Below, in pieces: positions 8,589-17,500 of a stretch of 40,805 bases of DNA; position 1 is the stretch's first letter; each line of letters opens with the position of its first letter. Position numbers and translations under genes: made by a program. The stretch spans positions 1 to 40,805 of IMG/VR virus record IMGVR_UViG_3300027819_000026; one strand, given 5' to 3'. This stretch comes from a virus. Taxonomy: Duplodnaviria; Caudoviricetes. Below the pieces are notes generated by a model. It saw nothing but the letters and a program-made list of their open reading frames with translations, did not search any database and had not been told where the DNA came from.

Positions 8589-9572
8589 ATGGAATTAACA
8601 AGAACAGTTGTCCCTAACCAGTTTCCAACGAGTCAATACACTGTGCCGATTGCTCTTGTTGGCGAGGCTCCCGGTTTGGACGAAGTTGAATGGCAAACCT
8701 GTCAGTCCTGCAAGCATGAGTTTTCCCGTATCTACCGTCAACCTGGTTTCAAGACTGGCGTAACAAGGGCCTTTTGCCCAAACTGCAATGGAAACGGCTT
8801 CAAGCCTACGCCAAAACCGTTTGTAGGAAGTTCAGGTTGGCTTCTAAATCAATGCTTGGCCCAAGCTGGGATTCGACGAGAAAGTGTGTTTGTTGGAAAC
8901 ATATGCCAAGCTCGGCCACCAGACAACGACATTTCGACTTTTACGTGGGATGGTCCAGAAATTCAAGACGGCTTGATCCAACTCAAGCTTGACCTGGATC
9001 AATTTAGGCCAAATCTCTGTGTGCTATTAGGCAAAACAGCCTTGAGGGCCTTCCTTGGTGAGTTTTCGATCATGGACTACCGTGGCACTTTGTTTGTTGC
9101 TTCTGGCCGTTTTGAAGGAATGAAGTGTCTTGCTACCTATCACCCAGCCTACTGTCTTCGCCAATACAGCGAAGTCCCGATCTTGATCTTCGATCTAAAA
9201 AAAGCCAAACGTCACTCAACAACATCCACGAATGAACCTCCCAAACGAACCATTGAAACAAACCTCTCAGCCAATGAACTTATCTCAAGACTTGAATCAA
9301 TCCAAACCAACAACACGCCTTGTAGCTACGACATTGAAGGTGGAATTCAATCCTTTATCTGCTGCTCAGTCGCAAGAAGCCCTCAAAGTAGCTTCCTTGT
9401 GCCGTTTATTCGATTGGACGGGTTGTCTTACTGGGACTCCGAAGAAGACGAAGCCAAAGTCCTACAAGCCTTTGCTAGAGTGATGTTGGATGAGGCCGTG
9501 CCAAAGGTGTTTCAAAACTGTGCTTATGACAGGTTTGTGTTACAGCATGGACACGGAATTCCTGTTCTATGA
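8589..9572 (+). CDS. family-4-like uracil-DNA glycosylase fused to the N-terminal half of a proofreading exonuclease (split polymerase, part 1)
   Basis: VGEAPG..E, PFVGSSG, CxARPPDN, LLGKTA, RG, TYHPAY.LR; then YDIE (ExoI) and QNCAYD (ExoII). Confidence 0.9.
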   Translation: MELTRTVVPNQFPTSQYTVPIALVGEAPGLDEVEWQTCQSCKHEFSRIYRQPGFKTGVTRAFCPNCNGNGFKPTPKPFVGSSGWLLNQCLAQAGIRRESVFVGNICQARPPDNDISTFTWDGPEIQDGLIQLKLDLDQFRPNLCVLLGKTALRAFLGEFSIMDYRGTLFVASGRFEGMKCLATYHPAYCLRQYSEVPILIFDLKKAKRHSTTSTNEPPKRTIETNLSANELISRLESIQTNNTPCSYDIEGGIQSFICCSVARSPQSSFLVPFIRLDGLSYWDSEEDEAKVLQAFARVMLDEAVPKVFQNCAYDRFVLQHGHGIPVL

Positions 9573-9585
9573 AGGCTAGTTTATT

Positions 9586-11403
9586 ATGATCCTTGATGAC
9601 ACTCTTCTAAAGTTCTGGGAACTATGGTGCGAGTTTCCAAAGGACCTTGCGTTTCAGAACTCCATTCTTGGCGACGAACCGTTTTACAAACACGACTTAA
9701 AGTCAACTGACACAGACACTTTCTTTCGATATTGTTGTCGTGACAGCGCAACAACACTTGAGAACTCGCAGGCTCTAGAAGTACTACTTAGTGCGTCTTC
9801 ACAACGGCACTATGCCCTAAACAAGAAACTCCTTGATCCTTTGCTTTATATGCAATGCAAAGGGTTTTTGTATGATCGAAAGACTGCCAAAGCTCGCTTA
9901 GCCGAAGTCCAAGAACATGTTTACAAGCTTCAATATCAACTGGATCAGCAAACTGGATTCGGCCTTGGGCATACTTGCAACATAGCAAACCACAGCGAAG
10001 TTGAAAGCTTTGCTCGTCAGGTTCTCTGCTATAAGAATAATCCAACAAAGCCAAAAAAGGACAACGAAGAAGCATTAGATTGGATTTTAACAACCTTATC
10101 CAACTCAACGTTATCTGAAGCCGAACTAGGTCGTTTGAATGTTGAGCTTGGAATGTCCCTTAACGTAAAGGGAAATAAGCTAAAGACTTACCTTTACGAA
10201 ACAATCGGCTTGCCAAAACAATACAAAAAAGACGCTGACGGCGAATTCCATGTAACTACTGACTTTGCTGCAATGCTAAATCTATTACGGTTATTGGGAC
10301 AAGAAAGAATTCGCCTAAAGAAATTCTCAACAGAAGCCGCAAAGCAAATTGTTGAAACAGTCAAAGAGATTACCTTACATCGAACCCGCGCGCAAATGCT
10401 TTCAATCGTTCCATCTTCTGATGGCCGAATGCGCTACTCCCTTAATATTGTTGGCTCTAAAACCGGACGAATCACAGGTTCTAAGTCCGTTGACCTAAAT
10501 CAAAGCAAGCGAGTTGGTTCTAACCCACAAACAATTTCTTCTGACTGGGATTTACCGGAAGAAAGCCTACTATCCGAAGGTCTTCGCACCCTCTACATTG
10601 CTGACCAAGGTTGTTGGATTGCTAAATGCGACTTAAAAGGTGCCGACGGTTGGACAATCGGCGCGCGTCTAGCCTCTTTAGGTGATAGCACAATGCTTGA
10701 TGATTTGCTTGTTGGCTTAAAGCCCGCACAAGTTGTTGCCTATATCTTCAAATACGGAGCCGCTGACATAGCTGTTTCCACGCGTGATGAAATCAAACAG
10801 CTCGTCAAGAAAATCAACAAAGACGATTGGGAATACTTCTTCAGCAAAAAAGGGGCTTGGGGAACATGCTACACTATGGGAGCCAAGCGTCTTGCTGAAG
10901 AGGCATTCATTGAGTCTTACGGCAAAATCAATCTATCTGAGTCCGAAGTCAAAGTCTTTCAACGTGCAATCCGAAGCCGTTACAACTATGAACTCTATCA
11001 ATCACACTATCAACGTGTCTTGGATTCAACCCGTGGAATCCCAACTCTTACCGCTGCAAGTGGGCAAGTTCGTCGCTTTTACGGGCGCAAAGAGCAAATC
11101 CTTGGTGAGCTTGTTAGCTTTGAACCACAAGCTAATACAACATACGCGGTCAACCTTGCCACACTCCGTCTTTGGGAAGACCAAGATAACCGGACTTCGG
11201 CTAATTCTCTTAGGGTCGAACCTCTTCTCTCAGTCCACGATGAGCTTGTTATGCAATTCAAACAAGCCGATACGGAGTGGGCAGTTGACAAAATAAGAAG
11301 TTGGTTTAACAACGTAATTGAAATTGCAGGGACCAAGCTTGTCATCCCATACGATGGCAGTTATAGTCCTAGTTGGGGAGACTCAAGCATTGGAAACATT
11401 TAA
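9586..11403 (+). CDS. polA: family A DNA polymerase with the C-terminal half of the exonuclease (split polymerase, part 2)
   Basis: DDTLL, YCCRD (ExoIII), TGRI, NPQTI, motif A CDLKGAD, motif B KKGAWGTCY, GQVRRF, PQA, motif C VHDEL. Confidence 0.92.
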   Translation: MILDDTLLKFWELWCEFPKDLAFQNSILGDEPFYKHDLKSTDTDTFFRYCCRDSATTLENSQALEVLLSASSQRHYALNKKLLDPLLYMQCKGFLYDRKTAKARLAEVQEHVYKLQYQLDQQTGFGLGHTCNIANHSEVESFARQVLCYKNNPTKPKKDNEEALDWILTTLSNSTLSEAELGRLNVELGMSLNVKGNKLKTYLYETIGLPKQYKKDADGEFHVTTDFAAMLNLLRLLGQERIRLKKFSTEAAKQIVETVKEITLHRTRAQMLSIVPSSDGRMRYSLNIVGSKTGRITGSKSVDLNQSKRVGSNPQTISSDWDLPEESLLSEGLRTLYIADQGCWIAKCDLKGADGWTIGARLASLGDSTMLDDLLVGLKPAQVVAYIFKYGAADIAVSTRDEIKQLVKKINKDDWEYFFSKKGAWGTCYTMGAKRLAEEAFIESYGKINLSESEVKVFQRAIRSRYNYELYQSHYQRVLDSTRGIPTLTAASGQVRRFYGRKEQILGELVSFEPQANTTYAVNLATLRLWEDQDNRTSANSLRVEPLLSVHDELVMQFKQADTEWAVDKIRSWFNNVIEIAGTKLVIPYDGSYSPSWGDSSIGNI

Positions 11404-11415
11404 TGAAGAGGCTTA

Positions 11416-12705
11416 ATGTCAAACCTAGTGGACGATTTCTGGACCCACTGTCAATGCTATGAAATCCCCAAAAACTACGCCTATTTCGGAGCCATAGGAC
11501 TACTCGGCGCCGCAATTCATCGTAAGGTTTACGTCCGTCAAGGAAACATCTTCCATCACGGAATGAACTACATAACCCTTGTCGGAGAACAAGGAAACAA
11601 GAAGTCCACTGTAGTAACATCCGTCGCATGGCCGTTGTTCAAAACAGCCTATCCTAACATGCCAGTTGGAAGTAGTGTTACTTCCAGAGAAGGTATGGTG
11701 TTAGAAATGGCAAGTCCAGACGGCATGAGAACCTTCAAGGATCAAAATGGCAGCGACATTGATTACTGTCCAATGATGTTGTTTGTCAACGAGCTTGAAA
11801 ACTTCATGTCTTTCAACGATAAAGGAATGTTGACTTTCCTTTGTGATGTTTACGAAAGCCCGTTTTTCAAGAGTAGCACAATTAAACGAGGGCTGGAAGA
11901 TTTGCTAAACCCTACTGTGAACATGCTAGCTTGCGTGCCACCGGACTACCTATCTAGCAAGCTTCGAGGCCATGTCATCACCGGCGGAATCTTTCGTCGA
12001 ATGCTACTTGTTTATGAGCAAGACGCACGACAAGAAGACGGAACCTTTACTTCCATTCCAATCGTGATTTTATCCCCAGAAGCATTAGATGCCCAACAAC
12101 GAATATTAAGTCATCTTGTTGGCTTGAAAAGCTACACTCGTGAATACTTATGGGAGACAAAAGCAGAAGCTACGTTCCGAAAGTGGTATGATGACAACAA
12201 ACAAACGTTGCGCCGTCTTGGAGATTCGTCCTTGTTCAAGTCTTACATTCGTTCTAAAGACGTGCATGTTATTAAAATGACAATGTTGCTAGACGTTGCT
12301 GATTCAAACCCAACTGGAATGCTTGTAGCGTCTAACTTAGACAGAGCACTTGAAATGCTTAGTAGTGTTGAGCGGAACATCCAAAAGCTTTCTGTTGCAA
12401 GCGGCAGAAACGAACTTGCGTTGCCAATTCAACGGCTTATTGATTCGCTCGAAGACAATGATGGCTGGTTGCCTGAGAAGAAGTTCAACGAGTTAATGCA
12501 AAAAGACTTTGAACCGTACGAGGTTTTTAGTGTGAAACGAAACCTAATCAACGAAACCGGGCAACTTGTCGAGCTTGAAACGATTTTTGAGGTTCCTGTA
12601 AACCTACGTTTTGAGGGAGGACCGATTACAGTAACTAAACGAATGATCTGCACGGCCCGGAAAGCCGCTGAAGTAAAGAAGAGAAACGAACAAAACAAAC
12701 TTTGA
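11416..12705 (+). CDS. DUF3987/YfjI-like P-loop ATPase (putative replication helicase-like protein)
   Basis: LVGEQGNKKST Walker-A variant, LFVNEL Walker-B-like, GGIFRRMLLVY; follows the polymerase. Confidence 0.7.
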   Translation: MSNLVDDFWTHCQCYEIPKNYAYFGAIGLLGAAIHRKVYVRQGNIFHHGMNYITLVGEQGNKKSTVVTSVAWPLFKTAYPNMPVGSSVTSREGMVLEMASPDGMRTFKDQNGSDIDYCPMMLFVNELENFMSFNDKGMLTFLCDVYESPFFKSSTIKRGLEDLLNPTVNMLACVPPDYLSSKLRGHVITGGIFRRMLLVYEQDARQEDGTFTSIPIVILSPEALDAQQRILSHLVGLKSYTREYLWETKAEATFRKWYDDNKQTLRRLGDSSLFKSYIRSKDVHVIKMTMLLDVADSNPTGMLVASNLDRALEMLSSVERNIQKLSVASGRNELALPIQRLIDSLEDNDGWLPEKKFNELMQKDFEPYEVFSVKRNLINETGQLVELETIFEVPVNLRFEGGPITVTKRMICTARKAAEVKKRNEQNKL

Positions 12706-12740
12706 AGATAGAGTGTTGAAGACCGCTAACGTTTTCCGTT

Positions 12741-15700
12741 TTAACGTAGCTTTCCTTCCTCAACAACCTGCTCAAGTTCTTTCCTAGCCCGCTGCTTGGC
12801 TCGTTTAAGCAAAAGGTTTAGCTGAGATTGCTTCTTGGCTTGGTCTTGTCCTTCAAAAGTATCATCGTCCATCAGTCGTTTAATGGCTTCGTTGTAACCT
12901 GTTGAAACAAGCTGGCGATAGTGGGTTTCCTCCTTGTCGGTTAGTGGAATTCTTTCTTGATCTTCAACCACCGTCCCAAAACCAGCCCAACTAAGCTTGT
13001 TTTGATCTAACCAAACTTGAGCCTCTTCTGTGAGGCGCTTTTGAATATAGGTGTCACGTTTTTCTTGCGCTTTAGCTGCTTTAATTGTTCCAAGTAGCTT
13101 GCTTGACGGTTCTCTCATGGGCCTTTCTGGAAAAGACTTAATCGCTTGCGCCCTTTCTTTAATCGAACTCTTTTCAAGTGGTAAAGTAGTAGCTTGTTCT
13201 ACCCTTTCCTTGAAGCTTGATTTCTTTGTGTCAGACTTGAATCCCAGAGAACCCATAAGAGACTTCTGTGCTTGGCCTGGAAAACTCTCTTGCCCACGAA
13301 TTGCTTGATAAATTGCTGGCGCTTGAATGGGGATTGGAAGTCCGGCAAGAAAAGCTTCTTGAACACGTTCCCAGTCGTCAAGTGGCTTACCTCGCCAATC
13401 TTTTCCAGTCCTTAAAACATTAAGTGTTTTTCCTATGGGTCCAAGCTTGTAATCTAGAACGTTGTTAAGCCCTTCAAAAATGCTATGAGTTTGCTCGGCT
13501 CGATTAGCAACTTGGTGAATAAGTTCAGCAGACAATGAAAGTGGATTTAAGAAAAACCCTTCGCTTTCTTTACCTAGAATGTCTGGAATCCAAGCAGAAA
13601 TCTTAGCCCCAGGTTGATCGTCTTCATTTTCCCAAGTTGGCTTGCCTCTAGTTAGATAGTTTATTACTTGATTGCCTAAAAAGTAAGTTGCAAAGATTGT
13701 TCCCATACTTCTGCCTAAAGCACCAACAATAAGCCTACGCTTTGTAATGGCATCAATAGGAACCTTTCCAAATTGTCTAAGCCCTCCTAGTTCACTCCTA
13801 ATCAATCCTTCGTTCCATTGGGGAGCAAGAAAAACTAAACGTAACAAGTCCGTGAAGGTTTTGTTTTTGATCCATGATTGACTCATTAAGTTCCCAAACC
13901 TAACGTTGAGGTTTTTTGAAACATTTCTAGCGATCTCTGACTCTCTTTTGTTTGGGAACTGTTTAGCTTCACGCCGAAATTGAATAACGTAGGTTTCTGC
14001 CATTAACCCACGTTGGAAAGAGTCAAAGAGCCAACGATTGTATTGGCCAAGCAAAGGAATTGCCCGAACAAATTCTGTATAGAGCGCGTCATTTATTCGT
14101 CCAACGTTAAAGCCGGTTTTAACTCCCAAATTAACAATTCGCTTCTTCTCCAAAATCTCAGGTAAATAGGCTTCTGGAATCTCGCCTCTTCTTGTCATTG
14201 CTCTTAGAGTGCCTTCATCATTCTCAAGAATTTGCAGTCCCTTTCCGTAGGACGACCTTAATCCTTTTAATCCTTGAACCGATTTAGAATATACAGCCAA
14301 CCTTACCGCATGAAAAAAATCAAACATCAACAAAACGTGCTTTGCTACTCCAGCCGAATTCATTATTACGCGTCCTGTACCTGATAGAGCAAACGCACTT
14401 TCTCCAGTTAAATTTTCAATTAAGCCAGAGTATGCTTTATGCACTGCAATAGGACTTCCTCCGATTTGCTTTAGATGATAGCCTATTGGCACAATGGTTT
14501 CAGTTCGTCCTGGACCAGTTGGAAGCTGTTGAACACGCGTTGTTGGTTGTTGAAATATTGGATTTCCAGTTTCAGGATCAACTACGTCTTTGAGAGCATC
14601 AACAAAATCAGTCATTCCAATCCGGCGATTACCTGCTCGCAAACGATGCTCCAATAAATCTAATGCATTAAGCTCTTTTGGCTTAATCCCAGCCGCTATA
14701 CTGTCTGCAAAAGTCGGATGAGTTCTTTGATGAGTAAAGCCACCAGAACCTTGACCACGAGAACCACCAAGCTCAAAAAGAGTTGCGTTCACGTCACTTA
14801 AATCCTGAATATGCGGAACGTAACCAGACCTAACTTCAGTTGGAATTCCTTTTGCATTTTCCCGTCCAACTTGGTTTAGCATTTCACTATCAAATTCTTT
14901 AGCAACGTCAACTAATCGAGGAAAGTTGTTCTCTGCGATAGTAATTGCGTTTAATGCACGAAGCTTCCATTTTCCAGCTTTAGCACTATTTGCAGAGGTT
15001 TCAATCTTAACTCTCATTTCTTGAAGAGCGTTAAGGTCACCTTTTGCCTCAACAACAAAAGTTAGTGCGTTCTCAAGTTGTTTTGTCCAGACTCCAACAA
15101 TGCTTTTTGCTCTGTCAATAATAGAGTTTCGCGTTTCTCTAGCAAACAAGTTTGCTGAATTTTTAACTGTGTCTATTGCAGCGGGGATTATTTCGCGCTT
15201 TAATGAAGCAGCTTTCAACCAATTTCCTAATTTTGACGAAAGACCAGTTTTTTCAGGGCCACCTCCTCTACTCGCTCCACTGGAAGCAGCCCCTGGGATT
15301 ATCGGCGGAACTGGAGGAACGCTAGGAGGCGAAGTAGGAGGAATAACAGGAGGAATCGGGCTTGCTCCAGGCATTGCCATTGGTGATCCTGCACTTCTTG
15401 CTTCTGTAGGTGACGTAGGCGGCACAGTTGAAGGAATAACAGGAGGTTTCCCACCTACTGCTTGTGTTTCTTGACTGCTCGCTGCACGCTGTAAGCTATC
15501 GCTACGGCCTGCTTCTGAGGGTATCCCTCCTTGACTAACCGTTGCACGTTCTGGCTGTGTGCCTGCTTGGATTGTTTCTTGATTAAGGGCATTTGGAGTT
15601 CTTTGAGTTGATTGTTCAACTATTGGTTGTTCAATTGCTGGCTTGCCTGCCGTTAACTCATTGGCTATCTCAGCTTTTGCTTTAGCAATAGCGTCTAAGA

Positions 15701-17498
15701 CACGAGCGCTTCTATATTGAGGTCTTAGATAATTTTTTGCGAGTAATGCAGCGTGAACGCCTATCTCACCAGCATTACCATAACTTTCTGCGTAGAATTT
15801 AACGGCTCTCCTAAAAACATCTTCTCCTAGTTCGTCTTTAATACGTGATATGGCTTCCACTGTTGTCAACTCAGGCGGAGTGACGAGAGCGGCTTTCTCC
15901 ATGCTGTCTTTCCAGCCTTTAGGCATCGGTTTATCTAAGGGAAATTCTCCTAAAACTCTGGCTCTCCACAACCCAAACGGTTCACCATGTATTGGAATGT
16001 TTTCATGGATAACTGCTCCAACTGCTGATGTTGAAGTGCCTCTAGCAAGAGAACCTGCAAACTTACTTTCTTTAGCGGTTTTAGCATCTGGTAACTCTTC
16101 AAGCACTTGTTTTAGGTTAAGATATGGATTATCACTATTATAGGCATTCCTAAAACGGACATACCACTTAGCTATTGCTTGAGCATCATTTAAAAGGTTC
16201 TTAGAAGGTCTATAGACATACATTGGTTTTCCACTAAGAGGATCTGTCTTGTATTGAACAAAACCAAGGCGCTCGTAGAACCGATTTAAAGCATCCTGTT
16301 TCCCAGCTTCAGCGCTAGCGGTAAGGTAGATTGGTTTTCCTGTGGCATCGCTCTCAGCAATAAGAACTTTCATTGCTTGAGTTCCAAGACCTTTTCCTTG
16401 AGCTTCTTTTGGAACCGTTATCCCAGATACCTTTATTCCATCAGGAAATCGTTCAACTGTCATTTCAACAGGCGCTTTCGCCGTTTCTGCCTTTGCTTCA
16501 AGTGTAACCCTCTCAAGCATTTCTTGAACCGCAACATTCCATTCATGCTCCGTCATTAGCTCCGGCGCTTTGGGTGTTTCAGCAATTGGCTTTTGCGTCA
16601 ATTGTTCAACTACCGGTTTAACCGCACCCTCTTGTAAATCAACAACAGGCTTTTGTCGTAGCGAAGCAATGTCAACATCCGAGCGTTCTACAAACTGTTT
16701 AAACGTGCCTTTTGACGAGAATGTTTCGGTTTGTGTTGGAAGAACTTCGCCTAAAGGCGTTTGTTGAATACCTTCACGAGCCAGTGTTTTCTTTAATCCA
16801 CGACTAGCACCAATAGCAATCGTGCTGTTAAGTGTAAGACCAGTGATTGCTCCGGCAATTCTTCCAGGATCACCAGAACGAATCGCATTCTCTGTGTCTT
16901 GCACTAACTGCGGAGTATGTTGCAAGGCATCCCAAATGAATTTACCAAGGACAGTTTTGCCTGCAACGCCCGCCAACCCAGTCAAACCCGCACTAGGAGC
17001 AGCGACTGCCATAGCCGCTCCCGGCAATGTTCTTGGAAAATCTACTAGTGGTTTAGTTCCTTGGTTGGAAATATTAGCAATAACGCTGGCAACATTCGGA
17101 TAATTACGCAAGGCCGGAATCGCAGATTGCATTTCCGCTCCGGTGATTGTTGGAAACGGGCCACCGAATGCAGTTGTTTCGCCAGTAATCAATTGAATAA
17201 GCTCTTCATTGGACGCGGCTTGATCTTTTGGAGAAAGCAACTTGGGAGTAGATACTTCACGCTCCATTGAAGACAGCCTTTGAAACAACCCATCCTGTCT
17301 CTCAACAGTTGTTGGACGTGCAAAACTGCCTGCAAGAGTAGAACGTGTTACAGGAACTTTCTCAACAGAAGGACGAAGAGAAGCTGAAACAACTGGCACT
17401 AACGGCATCGCTGGCCCAAGAAGCTCCAACCTTGGCCCTAAACTAGATCGTGAAACAGACCTTGGCGAGTTTGTTGGACTTAAAACCTCTAGTGGCAT
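12741..17498 (-). CDS. large internal virion/DNA ejection protein (polyvalent, contains a GNAT domain)
   Basis: 1585 aa, last gene of the structural operon; VPKEAQGKGLGT...FYERLGF GNAT motif; Pro-rich linker; GKDWRGKP-type C-terminal region. Confidence 0.8.
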   Translation of the reverse strand: MPLEVLSPTNSPRSVSRSSLGPRLELLGPAMPLVPVVSASLRPSVEKVPVTRSTLAGSFARPTTVERQDGLFQRLSSMEREVSTPKLLSPKDQAASNEELIQLITGETTAFGGPFPTITGAEMQSAIPALRNYPNVASVIANISNQGTKPLVDFPRTLPGAAMAVAAPSAGLTGLAGVAGKTVLGKFIWDALQHTPQLVQDTENAIRSGDPGRIAGAITGLTLNSTIAIGASRGLKKTLAREGIQQTPLGEVLPTQTETFSSKGTFKQFVERSDVDIASLRQKPVVDLQEGAVKPVVEQLTQKPIAETPKAPELMTEHEWNVAVQEMLERVTLEAKAETAKAPVEMTVERFPDGIKVSGITVPKEAQGKGLGTQAMKVLIAESDATGKPIYLTASAEAGKQDALNRFYERLGFVQYKTDPLSGKPMYVYRPSKNLLNDAQAIAKWYVRFRNAYNSDNPYLNLKQVLEELPDAKTAKESKFAGSLARGTSTSAVGAVIHENIPIHGEPFGLWRARVLGEFPLDKPMPKGWKDSMEKAALVTPPELTTVEAISRIKDELGEDVFRRAVKFYAESYGNAGEIGVHAALLAKNYLRPQYRSARVLDAIAKAKAEIANELTAGKPAIEQPIVEQSTQRTPNALNQETIQAGTQPERATVSQGGIPSEAGRSDSLQRAASSQETQAVGGKPPVIPSTVPPTSPTEARSAGSPMAMPGASPIPPVIPPTSPPSVPPVPPIIPGAASSGASRGGGPEKTGLSSKLGNWLKAASLKREIIPAAIDTVKNSANLFARETRNSIIDRAKSIVGVWTKQLENALTFVVEAKGDLNALQEMRVKIETSANSAKAGKWKLRALNAITIAENNFPRLVDVAKEFDSEMLNQVGRENAKGIPTEVRSGYVPHIQDLSDVNATLFELGGSRGQGSGGFTHQRTHPTFADSIAAGIKPKELNALDLLEHRLRAGNRRIGMTDFVDALKDVVDPETGNPIFQQPTTRVQQLPTGPGRTETIVPIGYHLKQIGGSPIAVHKAYSGLIENLTGESAFALSGTGRVIMNSAGVAKHVLLMFDFFHAVRLAVYSKSVQGLKGLRSSYGKGLQILENDEGTLRAMTRRGEIPEAYLPEILEKKRIVNLGVKTGFNVGRINDALYTEFVRAIPLLGQYNRWLFDSFQRGLMAETYVIQFRREAKQFPNKRESEIARNVSKNLNVRFGNLMSQSWIKNKTFTDLLRLVFLAPQWNEGLIRSELGGLRQFGKVPIDAITKRRLIVGALGRSMGTIFATYFLGNQVINYLTRGKPTWENEDDQPGAKISAWIPDILGKESEGFFLNPLSLSAELIHQVANRAEQTHSIFEGLNNVLDYKLGPIGKTLNVLRTGKDWRGKPLDDWERVQEAFLAGLPIPIQAPAIYQAIRGQESFPGQAQKSLMGSLGFKSDTKKSSFKERVEQATTLPLEKSSIKERAQAIKSFPERPMREPSSKLLGTIKAAKAQEKRDTYIQKRLTEEAQVWLDQNKLSWAGFGTVVEDQERIPLTDKEETHYRQLVSTGYNEAIKRLMDDDTFEGQDQAKKQSQLNLLLKRAKQRARKELEQVVEEGKLR
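15455..15592 (-). CDS. nested out-of-frame small basic protein MPLIKKQSKQAHSQNVQRLVKEGYPQKQAVAIAYSVQRAVKKHKQ (45 aa)
   Basis: Translated by hand in the +1 frame of the 1585-aa gene; fits the common small phage protein pattern MPLxK..S....S.N......GYPQKQAVAIA; A/C-rich leader. Confidence 0.75.
   Translation of the reverse strand: MPLIKKQSKQAHSQNVQRLVKEGYPQKQAVAIAYSVQRAVKKHKQ
15602..16618. repeat. degenerate 27-bp direct repeat (15602-15628, 16592-16618; core ATTGTTCAACTA)
   Basis: 22/27 identity, 990 bp apart (in frame), encoding KPVVEQLTQK and QPIVEQSTQR. Confidence 0.6.
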
Positions 17499-17500
17499 AT

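Noticed and set aside
9567-9590. Simple frameshift, stop-codon recoding or intron at the polymerase split
   Set aside because: Readthrough of TGA meets another TGA in frame, the +1 frame has TAG at 9577, the gap is too short for a self-splicing intron, and all three stops are used normally elsewhere
15280-15450. GGA/GGC-rich repetitive DNA
   Set aside because: Explained by the Pro-rich linker (PPxxPP) of the ejection protein
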